Assembly: GCA_002633005.1 (NCBI GenBank) | Contig: NMRA01000070.1 | Coordinates: 419,872-483,871, forward strand | DNA: 64,000 nucleotides | Direction of reading: 5' to 3' | Source: Phoronis australis | Taxonomy: Eukaryota; Animalia; Phoronida | In this document: one piece after another, positions 25,101 to 38,689 of the stretch | Numbering within the stretch: position 1 is the first letter of the stretch | Layout of the letters: every line of letters begins with the position of its first letter | Notes under the pieces: model-generated | Seen by the model: only the letters and a program-made list of their open reading frames with translations | The model's database searches: none | What the model was told of the DNA's origin: nothing | Program-made: the position numbers and the translations under genes

Positions 25101-28100
25101 TCAACTTTGAAAGAATACGCTCATGAAATGTCTATGCATCATTCACTTCTTTTTTTGTTTTGTTAGGACATCATTTACTAATATCGGTATCTGAGGTCAG
25201 ATTTGCTCAGATTTCAATTTACTGTAATTAAGTACTTCAAAATTCAATAAAGTGAAACAAATCTCGTTTTTGGAATTGAATATGAATTTGCGAATAGAGA
25301 GCCGTTAGAAGAGGGCACATCACTTGTGTGTCATTCTTCATTTCACTAAACATTTTACCCAGATCAACATAAAGCTTTATATAAACAACATTCTACCCAA
25401 GGGTAGGGAGTGAAGACCGGGCGAAATGAAGCTGACCGTGGGCGCAAAGAGCTGAAACTGATGTGTGTGTGTCCCACAATGCAGATTTATGGAAATCTAC
25501 GAGCTCGACATGTTGTCCTACACTTCATATCACGAGTAACTTGTCTAGCTCACAATTTGGAACGCCAACAATTGAACCTGTAAATTCCGACTGATGAATA
25601 TGTACATCTGTCCACTTTCTTTGCCTATCGGTCAAAGTCTACTTTCCCAAAGCATGGCATATCTGCTGGATATCTCTTACTACTGAATCACACAGATTGT
25701 CCATACTTGCCTCTTTCAATCTTTTTGTGGGCATTAGTAAGAACACTGTAACAGAGCTAGTCTCCACTGAGCATCAAAAATGTGTATTTCACCTCATCAG
25801 GCATACCTTCAGTTCAGTTACACACGATAACGATCAATTTCATGTAGGCAAAGGAAGGAAACACCCTTCTCCTAAGCCTGTCTCTAGCGAAGTGCCCGAC
25901 ACATACAGTCGCGCCCACGTAACAAAGGCGCACTGAGACGCAACAAAGACATTAGCATAAAAATAACTGAACATTTGCAAGTAAATAAAAATAACAACAA
26001 GCGTAAAGTTACGAACGTCCCGTCACAACACCAACCATGAATCTCAAACGATCTATTTGGAGTCGGAGCTGATGTACTGACTACCTGAGCTTAGGCTGAA
26101 ATTTATTATGTAGTCTTTGTATAATACTAATACACTAAAGCCTTCTTGATGTCAATACCCTCAGTTTTCATGTAAATTGTGATAATAAGCAGAATATCCC
26201 ATTAAGAGGGTTCCTGCTTGGTGGTAATTATAACCACTTATAATGTGATCAATACTAAGTATAGAATCTCCCCCAGTAAGGCAGATAAACAGGAAGTGAT
26301 TCATTATTACCCACGATGCCGCCTTCTGATAAGGCTAATGAATTAAGTTGTTTTTAGATAGAAAAGCGAAGGTAGGTATGCTACCAAGCAGGTGCGAATC
26401 GGTTTTGTAATTACAGTATCTCGGAATATGACAATAAATCGTGTCCGGTATTTTACATAGGATTAATGGGTTTGATGCATTTTTGACATTTCAGGACAGT
26501 AACAGGATATTTTATTATCCTCTATGATATTAAGTTGTCTTCACTGTACTGTCACAATAAAAATGCAATAAGCCCTAATTATTTAGATTTGGTCAGACCA
26601 AAGAGTGTACATAGAATAGGAGAGTTCACTCCGCCATCTTGCCATTCGCCACAATGTTTATCGGTTGAAAACATAGCACCCCAAGCGGCGAATAAGCAAC
26701 ACTAATTTAGAGGCGCAGTCCGAATCATGTAAACACTGATAAATTCATACTTTAATGACGTTCGACGTGCAATATAATTACTATGTGATTTAAAATGGGT
26801 AAAATACGTAAACTATCATCCACGTATAATTGAATGAGATTGAAAATGTGTTTAAATCAATATTAATGTGTATTTACTTTCATTCTCTTGAAGCTCCTTT
26901 CAAAAGCTATCTTGGTTTTGTTTCGTGTTTGAGTTCTTAATAAGACAAATTATCGTTCCTTATGACATTTCATACCTCCATAGACTACATGTGATATCAT
27001 TCGATTCCAAGCGGAATAACTTTGGTTTCAAGACTGGCTGGCTAATTGTCTGTGCTGAGCTTGGCTCACAGTAGTAAGAAAGAAGCTGAAACCTGTTTGA
27101 TAACTTTAAAGTGGAGTTCACTCTCGATTTGCATCAAAGTCAAAAGTTGAGTTACGGTAGTAATGAAACTAAAACAATACAAGAAAGGTCAGTTGATGTT
27201 TTCACACAAGTCCAAAATTACGCAGTAGATTTAGGGAACTTCATTGAGTACCTATTTGAGACTGTTTCATGTAACCGGGCACTGAGCGCTTAAAGTGGGA
27301 AAGCCTTTGGCAGGTGGGTGGGCGATTACCTAAGCAGTGGGCGCTTAAAATGAACAATTGGCCAAAAGTCGGGGATGGGCGATTATGCAGGAGTGGGCGT
27401 TGACCCGCGAGTTTACGGTACTTTTAACGAGTTAAAATCTGCAGCTCTTTAGTTATTTTGCTAAATACAGTGAGTTGTCCATAAGGTCCTACATAACCAT
27501 AATGTTGATTCATGACAGGATAGTCATGTTTTAGTGAAGGTGTGGTGTCAAGGTTCAGTGACTATATCTTCTCATTTGTGTATGTTTCAGGCTTGTTCAC
27601 TCTCCTGGTTGAAGACTTTGGTATGTTGATTGTTATAAGCTACTTTTTGAACCATAACTAATAGGATCATTTGAGTGTTCATTTATAGCATGAAATGCCA
27701 CTTTCTGCTGAATATTTAAGCATTCTCAATTTCTCGATGTCTTAGAAGAGTTGCGAGATATGAGCATGGTACCGTTGTGGTTTATGCTTGTTTTGAAAAT
27801 TGATTGATTCGATGGAGCTGTATTTTTTAGTTGCTCACTTCTTCAAAAAAGAAAATCCACCTGAGACTAGCCGAAATGACTTGGGATTTTTTACTCTCTC
27901 CTGGTGTTTCAAACCTTGCATGCCTGGAATTGATGCGGGTGGTGTTTTTTATTTTTATTCTGTAAGTGCAGGTCTCGAAATGAATCAGAGTACAGACCAG
28001 AGCTAACAATGCTTGTTTTGCCCAATAAGCTTTTTCGCATAACACATAAAATGAGACTACAGGTTATAGTAATTCTTCACTTATTTCACACAAAAACAAT

Positions 28101-31100
28101 TGCAGCACTTATTATTTTTCCATTTTTCAAAGGCCGATTACTTTTCTGAAAAATTATGAAGAATTTTTTATCTTGCAGGAGTTGAAGGTGTTCAAGTGGA
28201 GGAGATATATGATTTGCAGAAGAAAATTGAAGGGTGAGTTAGCGATGTTTGTGTAAGGGTTGCTATACATGTACATATATAGGCCGTTGCACCATTCCTG
28301 TATGTGAAGCTTTGCTATACCATTGAATTATGTAAGTTGTGCAAAATGAAACTTAAGAAATAAGATCACTCTTTTCTTGGTCATGGTTGTATTTTTCATT
28401 GATAAGTGCTTCGAGATTGATATTTTATGATCCTCTAGCTTTAAATTTTCAACAGTTAAAGGAACAATAAAGCCACAAGTTTGTGATAAATACCAACTTT
28501 TGATTTAAGCCACTTATTGTTAAATCATCTCAGAAGAGATTTCTGGTCTTCATGATTCACAGATTGTTGTAGCTTCATACCAGTTGCTTGTTACAACATG
28601 TGCGTGTTAGATTCAGTCGTTATTGTGACTGGTTGAGGAGTTCCAAGCGATTTTTGATGTCATTTTGAATTCAAACAAAGTATATCAAAGCCACAACATT
28701 GCTTTGGAAGTGCAAACATACCTTTGAAGAAAATCAATGTTTTTAACACCAGAGCTGTGTTTATAATGGCTTTAAAGTGAAGACACTTCCCCAATCCATA
28801 TGAATGATGTAACATCTAGAGATCTTTCATCTTTCTTTGAAGCACAAACGGAATATGGAGTTAGTATTGTCACGATCTTAGTTTTCCGGGTGGACATTTT
28901 GGTAAAAGACATTCGTGTAACGACAAAGAACTATTACTAGAGTTGATGACAGTTTTTCTTTCTATTCATTGTTCAATTTTGATTGGCCAATAAACTTAGC
29001 GTTGTGTCGGTAATATGATCATTGCCTTTGGACAACGCACACTACAGTGAGTGTAGAATATTTAGTAGATGTAATACATTTAATTTTGTGATTCTCACAA
29101 AAAATAGAACCATAAGATAAGCCAAGTTAATAGTTTTTGGTTTCCATGCTAATGTTGTTGTTGTTGATGTTATTTATGGCTTAATAAACCACTTCAATCT
29201 TTCTAATCTTATTTCAAAATTGTCCATTAATTATTTAGTGCTTAATATTACTTAATTATTTCCAGTAGGAGTCAGCCTTACATAACACGACACTGTTGTA
29301 ATGAAGTGCCTAAATACAAACTAATTGGTCTTTAAATCAATAATGCGAGTCATATAATAGGATTACTAACCCCAACACTTAAAGGGATGTTATCAACAAG
29401 AAAAGGGGTTTTCTGAGATCAATCCCAGCTTGAAATCGAACCGTACTACAGCCCCCCAGGGTCACAGCCCCGGGAGTCACAATCTCATGCTCTGCTGGCA
29501 GACCTAAATCCATTCGAAAAATGACAGAGTAACTAAAAGCCACAGGACATAATTTCAGCAAATATCTGGTAGCTAGGCTTGGAATTTTCTTCTTTTGTTT
29601 TTGATTCCCTCTTGTTTGATTTCCAGTTTTCTCCTTTTTGCTTCTCTTTGTTATCATTATTTTGACTTTATCCATGGAAAAACGTTTATTTCAGTTATAC
29701 AACAAAAAATATTTCTATTACACAAGTCTATTTGTGCAATGATACATCACTTGCAAATTTTTCTCTTTTTTGTCATTGGTTATTTCAAGCCCTGCTGGCA
29801 AGCATTGGCGAGAATTACCGATTTGTAATGAAACCTCAAAAACAGTGTATTTTTCCATTTTATTGCTCTGGTCAAAGCTAACAATAATCACAAGAATGTG
29901 TTTTTCTGTTATAAAACTGATAAATGTTGTTTTGGTGAAAATGCTAATAAGCCTCTTGTTCTACAGGCCTGTGTATGGGTTCATTTTCCTCTTCAAGTGG
30001 ATTGAAGAGCGTCGGTCGCGACGGAAACTCACTCAGGTGGAGGACCTGTTTGTGACAGACGAAAAGATTCTCAACAACATGTTCTTTGCACAACAGGTAT
30101 GGCTGTCATGGAAACCATATCCATGGCAACAAATGGGTGAATTAGCGATTTGTGTGATATAATTGATGACCTGTGCTATATTTTCAAATTGAACGTAATT
30201 TCAATATCGTGCCACGTTGTTTTAGATTGTGCCGAACTCGTGTGCCACGCACTCTTTGCTGAGTGTCCTGCTCAACTGTGAAAACATCAAACTTGGAGAA
30301 ACATTGACCAAACTGAAAGATTTCTCCAAAAACATGAGTCCAGAGGTTTGTGTGTGATTCGTTGAATCGTCCGCATTCTGTGTTCATTTAATCGGTGGTT
30401 ATTTACCTTTCTCTTGTGTCGTAAATGGTAATTCATGGTGACGTCATTGATGCGTTACCAGAAATGTGTCTTTAACACTTTAAATAAATTCCCACTTCAC
30501 CTGTATGTAGGGTATTGTCCGTAATCCTAGGTTGGTTGGGCTTCTTCCATTTTAATGATGGCTTTACTTGCAAGGCAAATAAATGACTGTGTAAGAGAGT
30601 CTAATTTATTTTTACTTCATCTTGTAAAAGTTAGATAGCTTTGATCTGTATCTTTCTCTTAAGGCATAAAATGGTTAATGTAAGTATCTATTTTTTAGTT
30701 CGTCGTATGTAGTTGTCCTTGATCTATATGGCTCTCTGCTCTTCCCCTCACAGGATAAAGGTTTGACCATCAGTAATATGCCTCAGCTAGCTAGAGCTCA
30801 TAATAGTCATGCGCGTCCTGAGACAGGTCTGCTACCTGATCAGAAGTCCCAGGGCATCCCCGGGCGCACCATGGAGGCTTTTCACTTTGCCAGCTACGTG
30901 CCTCTGAATGGACGACTTTTTGAATTGGATGGGCTGAAGCCGTACCCTATTGACCATGGTTAGTAGTAAATCTTCGCTCCATGTGGCGGAGAGGTGGGAT
31001 TTTATGCGATAAACATTGAAGCGGCTTTAAAACCAAGTTCCACCACTCACCACTATGAAATTGGTCTCAAACATTCGTGCACTGATATTAGAGTTGATAT

Positions 31101-34100
31101 CAGGGCTTCAAACAAGTAATAGTTCGTTATGGCTTGAGATGAGGCTATACAAGTCATCTTGTTATGGCGTGTCAGTTTATACACAGACTATGGTCTTGAG
31201 GATTAGCTGTCAGTTAATTTGTACACGGGGAAATCGTTTCTAATCTGAATAAAGAATAAGTTTTATGGCGGCAAGTGGTCCAATTCAAATGTTCCCATCT
31301 TGTACAGATCGTAGATGTATAGCTGCCGTTAGGAAATTGACAAGTAGGACATGGTTTGTTCTGTAGAGCTGCCTAATGGTAAAGATAAGAAAATGAGAAT
31401 TTCGAACCCAAGCTTTATTGAACTTGTAGTGAAGACCCATACTTGGAAATGCTGCAGCTAACAATTTTTCTGAGGTCCTATGGTAGTGAAGAATGAGTCA
31501 TAGGCAAATTAGGACCCTGCCATATTTTTGTAGGGAAATGTTCCTCTGAGATATTTCACTAAAAATGACCCTATTAGTGGTAGGTACATGTATATCCAAT
31601 GAATGGGTGTAGTGTATTTCTTCACCTATTTAGTTCATAGCTTTAATATCAGGGTTTGTATGGACACTTGGTAGGTTGATAGTTTATTATTTTTTATGTT
31701 CTATCACCCAGGACCGTGGTCTTCCAATGAAGACTGGACAGACAAGTTTCACCATGTTATTACCGAGCGACTGGGAATGTCCACGGGAAGGTAAGTGGCA
31801 CTCTTATCAATGGTGACTATTTTGTGATTTTGTTGAAACTTATCGAAGAATTAAAATTTTTGATTGAGGCCACTTACGGCTTGGTAGTTGGTCTCGACTT
31901 CGGTTTTGCATAGAACTAACAGTTCGTTATTTCGAGAAATTTGTGGCAGCTGGGAGGATAAATTGTTACCACCAGGGGACCTCGTATTTCTAGGGCCTCT
32001 TCGGGGCCTCAGGAAACCTTAATTTTGTACTGGGGATTGGAAAGCTATTTAGAGTATTGAATTATCAGCGTATATGATGTTAATACTTAAAATCTCACTA
32101 GTTTTTAGAAACAGAATCTATTGCCTGATCCCTGATATACATTGTAATTAACCAACCTTAATGACAGTAACCATGGTTGATGTGCTGTGAGAGAATTTTT
32201 TGTAAAAGTCTAAGTGTGTCGAGCACTTAAATGAGTTCTAGTTATACAGTCAGATACAAATGAAATGCTGAAACTTTTCTTCCTCAATAAATACTATAAT
32301 GTATTTTTGAGGTGTGATTACAAAAACTTGTACTTTCAGTGAATACGATATCCGCTTCAATTTAATGGCAGTGGTTCCAGACCGCCGGCTGATTTATAAC
32401 CAGAAGTTGAAAACACTGAAGACAAATCGGCAAATTGTTCTGGAAACTTTACAGAAGGTATCTGTTTGAAACACCCTGTATATTGTCAAGCGTTCGTTTT
32501 TGTGTTTGGTGGGAGAGTAAATTGTGATAATTTGTACTCTTACCTGCGTCATAAAAGTATTTTCTCGATGGTTGTGGAGAATGGACTCCATGTGACATGT
32601 TGACATTCTACATGGCAAAACTTTCGTGTCTGAAATTCCGTGACATTTCAAGAGTTTTTTATACTTAAATGTGAACCAAGTGGTGTTTTGTTGGGTTTAC
32701 AGTTATTTTATGCTGCATCAAGTGGTGGTTCTTTTTTCACAAATTGTAAATTTATGAAATCGGCATTACCACTGACACTTAGTGTGTCCCAGCGTGTTTG
32801 GCAAAAGTTGATGTGACTTATACATGCAAAAGGCACCATAAAGCTCTGTGACAATTGGAACTTCTGTCTGACATTTTGACAATTTTTAGATGTGACAAAT
32901 TGTGACTTGCTAATAAATATGAATCCATTCTCTTGTTGCTTAATTCTTGTTCTTTACAAATTTGTGATACGTGTCAGTTGATATGTTTTCTAACTACATC
33001 TCAGTGTGGAGTCCTCAAAACTGTCTGCACTTTATTCCTTTGTGTTAAAATAAGATCTCTTTGAAGGAGAAATCGATTCGTGTCTTTGCAAGGCACTAGT
33101 CATTTTAGAGCAACAGGTGACCTTATTTAATATCAATTTTGTTTGAATACTAGGCACTCTGTGAAAAAGAATTACCTACTTAATTTTATGTATGTCTAGT
33201 CGCTGAAGTTGAAGAAAGATAAGACTGTTTACTGAGGTCACCTGTAAAAGCTTCAATAATTGTTTTGTTATTTTCCATTTCAGCTTCTTGATGATAAGGT
33301 AAGCCTACGAGGAAACTTCTTGTAAAAAGTAAAAGTTCTGCTCCAAAAATTCTTTCAATCACCTTCTATTAGACAGTAATCTTAGCCAATTTCTAACCAG
33401 TTTTTGAGTGGAATTTTCACTGACTTTGTAAGACTGAACGGGAGAAATTTGTATTTTCAAAAACCATTTGAAAAGATAATTGCCATTTCAAATAACAACA
33501 TGTTTAGGCTGATAATGTGTGTGTTTACAAGCCTGCTAAAATACCACAACTCTGGGTAGTACCGATAGTGTTAGTGATGGAGTTAAGATGGACATTTTTA
33601 CCAGAAAAGTGTTACAAAACGGAAATCATCAAATTTCCTGATGTCACCGTGAGGTAATCGTCAACCTAAGCAGATTTATTTTCAAAAATGCAATATTCGC
33701 ATGTGGTAAAAATCATATATTGTTAATTTTATTTTTCATTGCTTCGCTGAACAAATCTTTCAATACATTGTTTGTGCGCCAAATATGTCAGTTGTTTAGG
33801 ATGGCTTCAAGTGATTTCAATTACATTGCAAATCTTTATGCACCATTTTTGAATTCTAACGCCTTTGACAGAATTGAACATCGATTGCTCTTATAGTGTG
33901 TGAGCCGATTCACGTGATATTTTGCACATTACTTTTTATTTTTCCTCGAACAATGGAGATAACGGACATCAAAAATGAAGACTTGGGATGTTGACTTTGG
34001 TGGGTGATATCTCTGCTATTTGAGGGTAAATCAAAAAATATGAATATTTAGTTTAAACACAGATGTTCTCCACTTTTTTAGAAATTTATGTTCTAAATAA

Positions 34101-37100
34101 AAATGACAGTTTTCATCAAAATGTCCGTTGAAGGCATGAATAAAGATTTTTAGTCCTCAAGGATTCAGAAAAGATAAACTTAATAACTTTGTGGATTCAA
34201 AACATTCAGTAAGTTGCTTGATGAAATAACACCTTAGACCATGTTACCTTTGTAGATGGTTGATGTACCAGACACTTCAGCGGCAGATACAGATGTGATA
34301 ACATCTACAAAAACCACACTGACCAAAACCAGTCAATCAAAGCCTGTGCTGTCTCCGCCCAAGACACGCCAGAAGACCAAGGTTGCCATGGCCACTGGCC
34401 AATCCCCTGCTGAGACAACCACACCTTCAAGACCCCAGACTCCGCCCCCGGCACAGTCTGTTTCTTCTCCTCGTAGTACCACCAGTGGATCTTTAGACAG
34501 GTTTGTAATCTTCAGTGAGTAGCTGTGTTAAGGGGGATATTTTCTACTGCTAGGCATGTGAACTGAAGTCCAACATGGCCTAACTTTTTTAGTTTTCAGC
34601 AATTTAATTTCTGAAACAACATGGAGGATTTGGATTATGTGATGTCACGAGTACATCAATGCTTTCTTGTACTGTGCTCCGTTTTTATTCACACGATAAT
34701 AGGTATTGTATTGTTTCATATTTTAGAATTATCTATTGTAATTTATTTTATTGCTGCTTTAGCACTGTTTTAAAATTTTAAGCTGTATAAAATTGTTTTG
34801 TTGTTGTTATGATTTCCATGTATCAATAGCTATTTTTGTTATTATTATTAATTGTTATTCTTGTTACTCTTATTATTCTTATTATGACCACCTTTATTTC
34901 GTCATTGCTGCCGTCATTGTTATAGTCATCTCCCTTACACATAGGTCATCAACTCAAAGTCCTGTTGTCCATGCGGCCTATGCCTTGGATAGTCACAACT
35001 ATGCCAAAAGCCCCATACTCGAGATACCATCCGACACTGTCACCTCTGCCAGACCTGAAGATGTCGACAATACTGAAGAAGTTGACAGCGATGTTGAAAT
35101 TATTGAAATCGACGATAATATTACGGTGTCTGATCAGTCTCAATCGAGCAAAATAGAAGTTGAAGGTACGAGGGGGGCAAACTTTCAAGATTCTAGCCTC
35201 TATGCAAATGATCGTGATGCGCAAGGCAAGGTTGCTGAAGTTACACCTAGTGTTGATTTGTCGAAACTCGAGCAGAGCAATTTGAAAACGGATGCTAGCG
35301 TGAAGATATGTATCACTGTTAAGGATGAGTTAAACTCAGCTATTATTCCAAGCACTGTGGCCCTGACAGATGTGACCAGGCCATTGTCAATTCAAACAAA
35401 ATTCGTTGCCGCAACATCGGGACCAAATTCTAGCGGTACAGACACGGCATCGGAAATGGGTAGTAATCTGAGCTCTCCGGTTATCCGCCCAAGCACATTG
35501 GCGTTGCATAGTCCTGGGCAGCTCGCCCAGGCCGTGCAGGTTAAGGTTGAGGAAGGAGGTCAAAGGTCATGTCCAGATGTGCCCGGTTCAAAGAGTCCCA
35601 AACCTCGCGCCAAACATGCTGCTTTTACACCCAAGGTAGGTGAAGTTTGATGTGTGAAAACTAGTTAGAGGTAATGGTTTTATTTGAATGTTATGTAATG
35701 TGGTTGACTACCTGCTTATATAACTGCAATCAGGGCTTGGAATTTTCCGCGGAAACGCGGATTTCCGCTTTTTTCAAATGTGCTTTCCGCTTTTTTTATA
35801 ATATTTCCGCGTAAAAAATCGGATTTGATATAAAATTTCCGCGGCAAATTCCTTTCTTACCGCGGCGTTGCAGACGACGTTCACCTCGAAAAGCAGAAGT
35901 TGCTCTTTATGTTTCGGAGGAACGTAAATTGTCAACATTGCCGGGGCATCTGGGACAGCGTGGTGGGATTTTCAATGGCGTCTCTTGTTATTGTTAAGCG
36001 TGGCGACAAATACTACCGCTCTGCAACCAAAAATGTGTGGGTTGGGAGTGGACGGGCGAGCTAAAAGGACGCAGACACATGCTACTGATGGTGGTAACTT
36101 TTTTTTTTTTAGTCCTCCCGATTTTTGTCGGGGAAAGGTTCAACATTGACCATTTCAAGGCTGGTTATCGGGGCATGATTTGGGCCGTAAAAGTTTCAAA
36201 GTTTCCGCGTTTTTTGTCATTGGCCATTCCAAGCCCTGTGCAATGCATTAATTCAATTTGTTATCCATTTGTATATGAGAAGATAAAGTAACAGCTTGAT
36301 TGTGAAGATGTTCGGTGCATTCTATATAAAAAAAGAAGTCCTTGCAGCTGATATAGCACCAGTGGAAATTAATTACATTTGTGAAAACGAATCAAAACGT
36401 GCTGTAGTTCACATTAAGTTTTGTACGAGAATGTTAAGAAATGGTGAACCACTTCACTCTTGAGTACAAATTGCTTAGCCATCCACAAAGCTGACTAACG
36501 TTACCCACACACAGTGCATGGCGCATGTGAACTCAGCAGACATCATTTTTTTATTGTGGGCAGGATCTGCTGCAACTTCTTAAGAATGTGGAAGAAGAAA
36601 TTTCATCTTGTGAACATCATGTTGAGGAAGAGCATGCCAAGAGAAAGAAATACAAGGTAGTGTANTCATTTTCTCTGCCTTAAGTAGCCAAACTAATATT
36701 TTTATTTTGTGCTCTTTCAAATTGTCACCTGTGTGGGTTACCAGTGATTCGAACCTTGAGGGGAAATTTTCAATCACTTGAGGGGAACTTTTAGGCCTCG
36801 TGAGGGAATTTCGCGTTGTTTTTCAATGTTTTTGAGAGGGGTATAGGGCTGATATTTGGCCCCAAAATCGAGGGCCCTGTCCTTTTTGGAAAGTAATACA
36901 TCATGTTTCAACTGTAGTCATGGAAACACAGCCTGACTGGCCAGATTCACTGGTTGTTACTATGATGCTCAGCAACCCAGATGTGACAAAATGTGATCAC
37001 ACTTTCGAAAACATTTATCAATTTTACCCGGAATATTTTTCTTCATCGCGTCGTATGGCAACGACCCTACGCTTCCGAATCTAAACGTAGGGATTATAAA

Positions 37101-37771
37101 AGAGACAGTTGAATGTACATATTTTGTCTATTGCCATTCGAGCAATGTGGAACAAAACTATGCCTATTGGTCAATTAGCGGAGCTATTGTAGTGAGCCTA
37201 GTTTTGGAGCATGCTTCTTATCTGTGCGAATTAGGCGGTATAGCGAGTAGTGTTCATCCATTGTTGATGTGGTTAGAGTTGCCAACGCAAATTGATTGGT
37301 TCTAGTTTTAAGATGGCTAGTTTGATTTGACCTAATTTATGACATAACATGGTCAGCAGGGTCAAGCCAACTTGGAACCCAAAAATCACTTCTGATCTGA
37401 TTAAGGAACTAGTTGGTTCTCAGTTTCTACTTGAAAAGGTCACTTTTTGGACATGAGATGGGTTCACAACAACTTTTAACTGAAAACCAGTACATGTGTT
37501 TATTATGTTGATAGTGTCAAATGCCTTTGTTAAATGTAGAAAAATTTCACCATTATGATACTTCTTTTAGATTGATGACTGCCGCCGGACCCACAACTAC
37601 GATGAGTTCATCTGTACTTTTCTGACCATGTTGGCCGAGCAGGGTCAGCTGGGTGGGCTTGTGCAGCAACACATGGTGGTCAAGCGAAGGCAAGGGGTGA
37701 ACGTTGGCAAATTACACAAGAATAGGAACAATAACAACAGGAAAAAATCTAGGTCCAAAAAGAAGAGGTGA
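22139..37771 (+). CDS. BAP1: Ubiquitin C-terminal hydrolase BAP1 / Calypso (PR-DUB), 672 aa
   Basis: Exons 22139-22175, 27591-27620, 28179-28233, 29967-30096, 30226-30345, 30754-30958, 31712-31790, 32340-32457, 33284-33298, 34256-34500, 34945-35635, 36564-36656 and 37571-37771 total 2019 nt with all phases consistent. Motifs: [34 protein letters not shown], catalytic PNSCATH and FHF...[22 protein letters not shown] segment [27 protein letters not shown], and a basic C-terminal NLS. Confidence 0.97.
22658..22898. mobile_element. PIF/Harbinger-like MITE in BAP1 intron 1
   Basis: TIRs tgggcctgttccaagaaa ... ttttgttggaatgggcccca with internal ttaagatttgtcttagc subrepeats. A second partial copy lies at 46962-47121. 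Confidence 0.6.
23440..24520 (-). mobile_element. Possible highly decayed L2/CR1-type LINE 3' fragment
   Basis: 3'-end-like motif gtggccagcaaaggcac followed by an A-rich tract on +, and a minus-strand remnant resembling the LINE ORF2 'YCxxVW' region (HYCILVH near 24040). No intact ORF. Confidence 0.3.
27277..27420. mobile_element. Tc1/pogo-like MITE right end
   Basis: Repeated gggcgctta/gggcgatta subunits ending in cgcgagtttacggta, a TA-flanked TIR-like end. Confidence 0.4.
33284..33298 (+). CDS. BAP1: BAP1 15-nt phase-0 micro-exon (LLDDK)
   Basis: ttttgttattttccatttcag|CTTCTTGATGATAAG|gtaagc: strong polypyrimidine acceptor, consensus donor, frame-preserving. Confidence 0.7.
35731..36238. 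mobile_element. hAT-like MITE with 13-bp TIRs and a perfect 6-bp TSD
   Basis: TGCAAT|CAGGGCTTGGAAT ... ATTCCAAGCCCTG|TGCAAT, with internal TTTCCGC subterminal repeats. Confidence 0.85.
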
Positions 37772-38044
37772 TAGATGTGCCTCTGTGGGTGACTCGGCAA
37801 TTACAAACTTGAGCAGTATTTTCTGAACATTGGAAGAGAGTGTGCTGGTAATTTTGATGTTGTTTCCAAAGGTCACCAGTTTGATGGATAGGTTTGTATA
37901 TTACGACCAGTAAATCGAATCAATCAGACAATCTTTCATTGTGAAGCGTTTGACAATGAAACAGTTGACTGTTTATTTTTTGCACCATCTATTGTCAACA
38001 GTGTCTCCACCAAGTGCTGGATATCCAAAGGTGTTAACTGGTCC

Positions 38045-38050
38045 AATAAA
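38045..38050 (+). terminator. Candidate BAP1 polyadenylation signal
   Basis: First AATAAA I found after the BAP1 stop (37771). Confidence 0.35.
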
Positions 38051-38689
38051 CCTTACTTGGATGGTATAACTTGTACCAGTGACTAACATATTTAATTTCT
38101 AGGTGTCTGAATTGAATTGGAGTCAATTTGAAGACTGGCCAAGCATCATTGTCACAGACTTATATTTGAAGAACATATTGGAACAGGTCACCAATATGAA
38201 AAATAACGTCTCTGGTGAATCCTTAAAAGTTTTAAGAAATGCTCATATGTAGCAGCCACTTGCCTTGGCTCTCTTTGCTTAGACTTTATTTGCCTTACTC
38301 GTTGGAAATTTATACAGTTTTATGCAAACGCTGGGCGTTTGGACATGGCAATTTTCATAAATACAGTAAAACTCGCACACGAGTCGAATCCAGCCAGACT
38401 GTGAGATTTTGAACACGAAGGCAGCAATTTTCTTTTATTGCTTTTGCCAAAGAAATAGATTGACCAGTTTTGACGATTTGAAATACTGAAAGCAGATGCA
38501 TAGGTTTCTAAGATGACCAAGATTTGAATCTGATTACGAGAGGCAAAATCTGCATCATTTTAATATCTTTTACACATATGGTCAAGTTGTTAGATATAGT
38601 ATAGATATTATGCTTTTGAGCCACTACATAAGCCATCTTCCGAAAATCTGCTTACACTGTGTCTGGCACTCAATTAGCCGTGTTGGCAA

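Noticed and set aside
24240-25166. Several 60-144 aa ORFs in BAP1 intron 1 as a possible nested gene
   Set aside because: No recognisable domain or coherent splice chain. More likely decayed repeat or random ORFs.
32458-32466. Donor GTATCTG as a U12-type intron
   Set aside because: It lacks the GTATCCTT consensus, and I found no TCCTTAAC branch point.
37769-37774. TGA stops of BAP1, LTA4H and EBP as selenocysteine or readthrough sites
   Set aside because: They coincide with the expected homologous C-termini, the BAP1 TGA is followed at once by TAG, and no SECIS was recognised.
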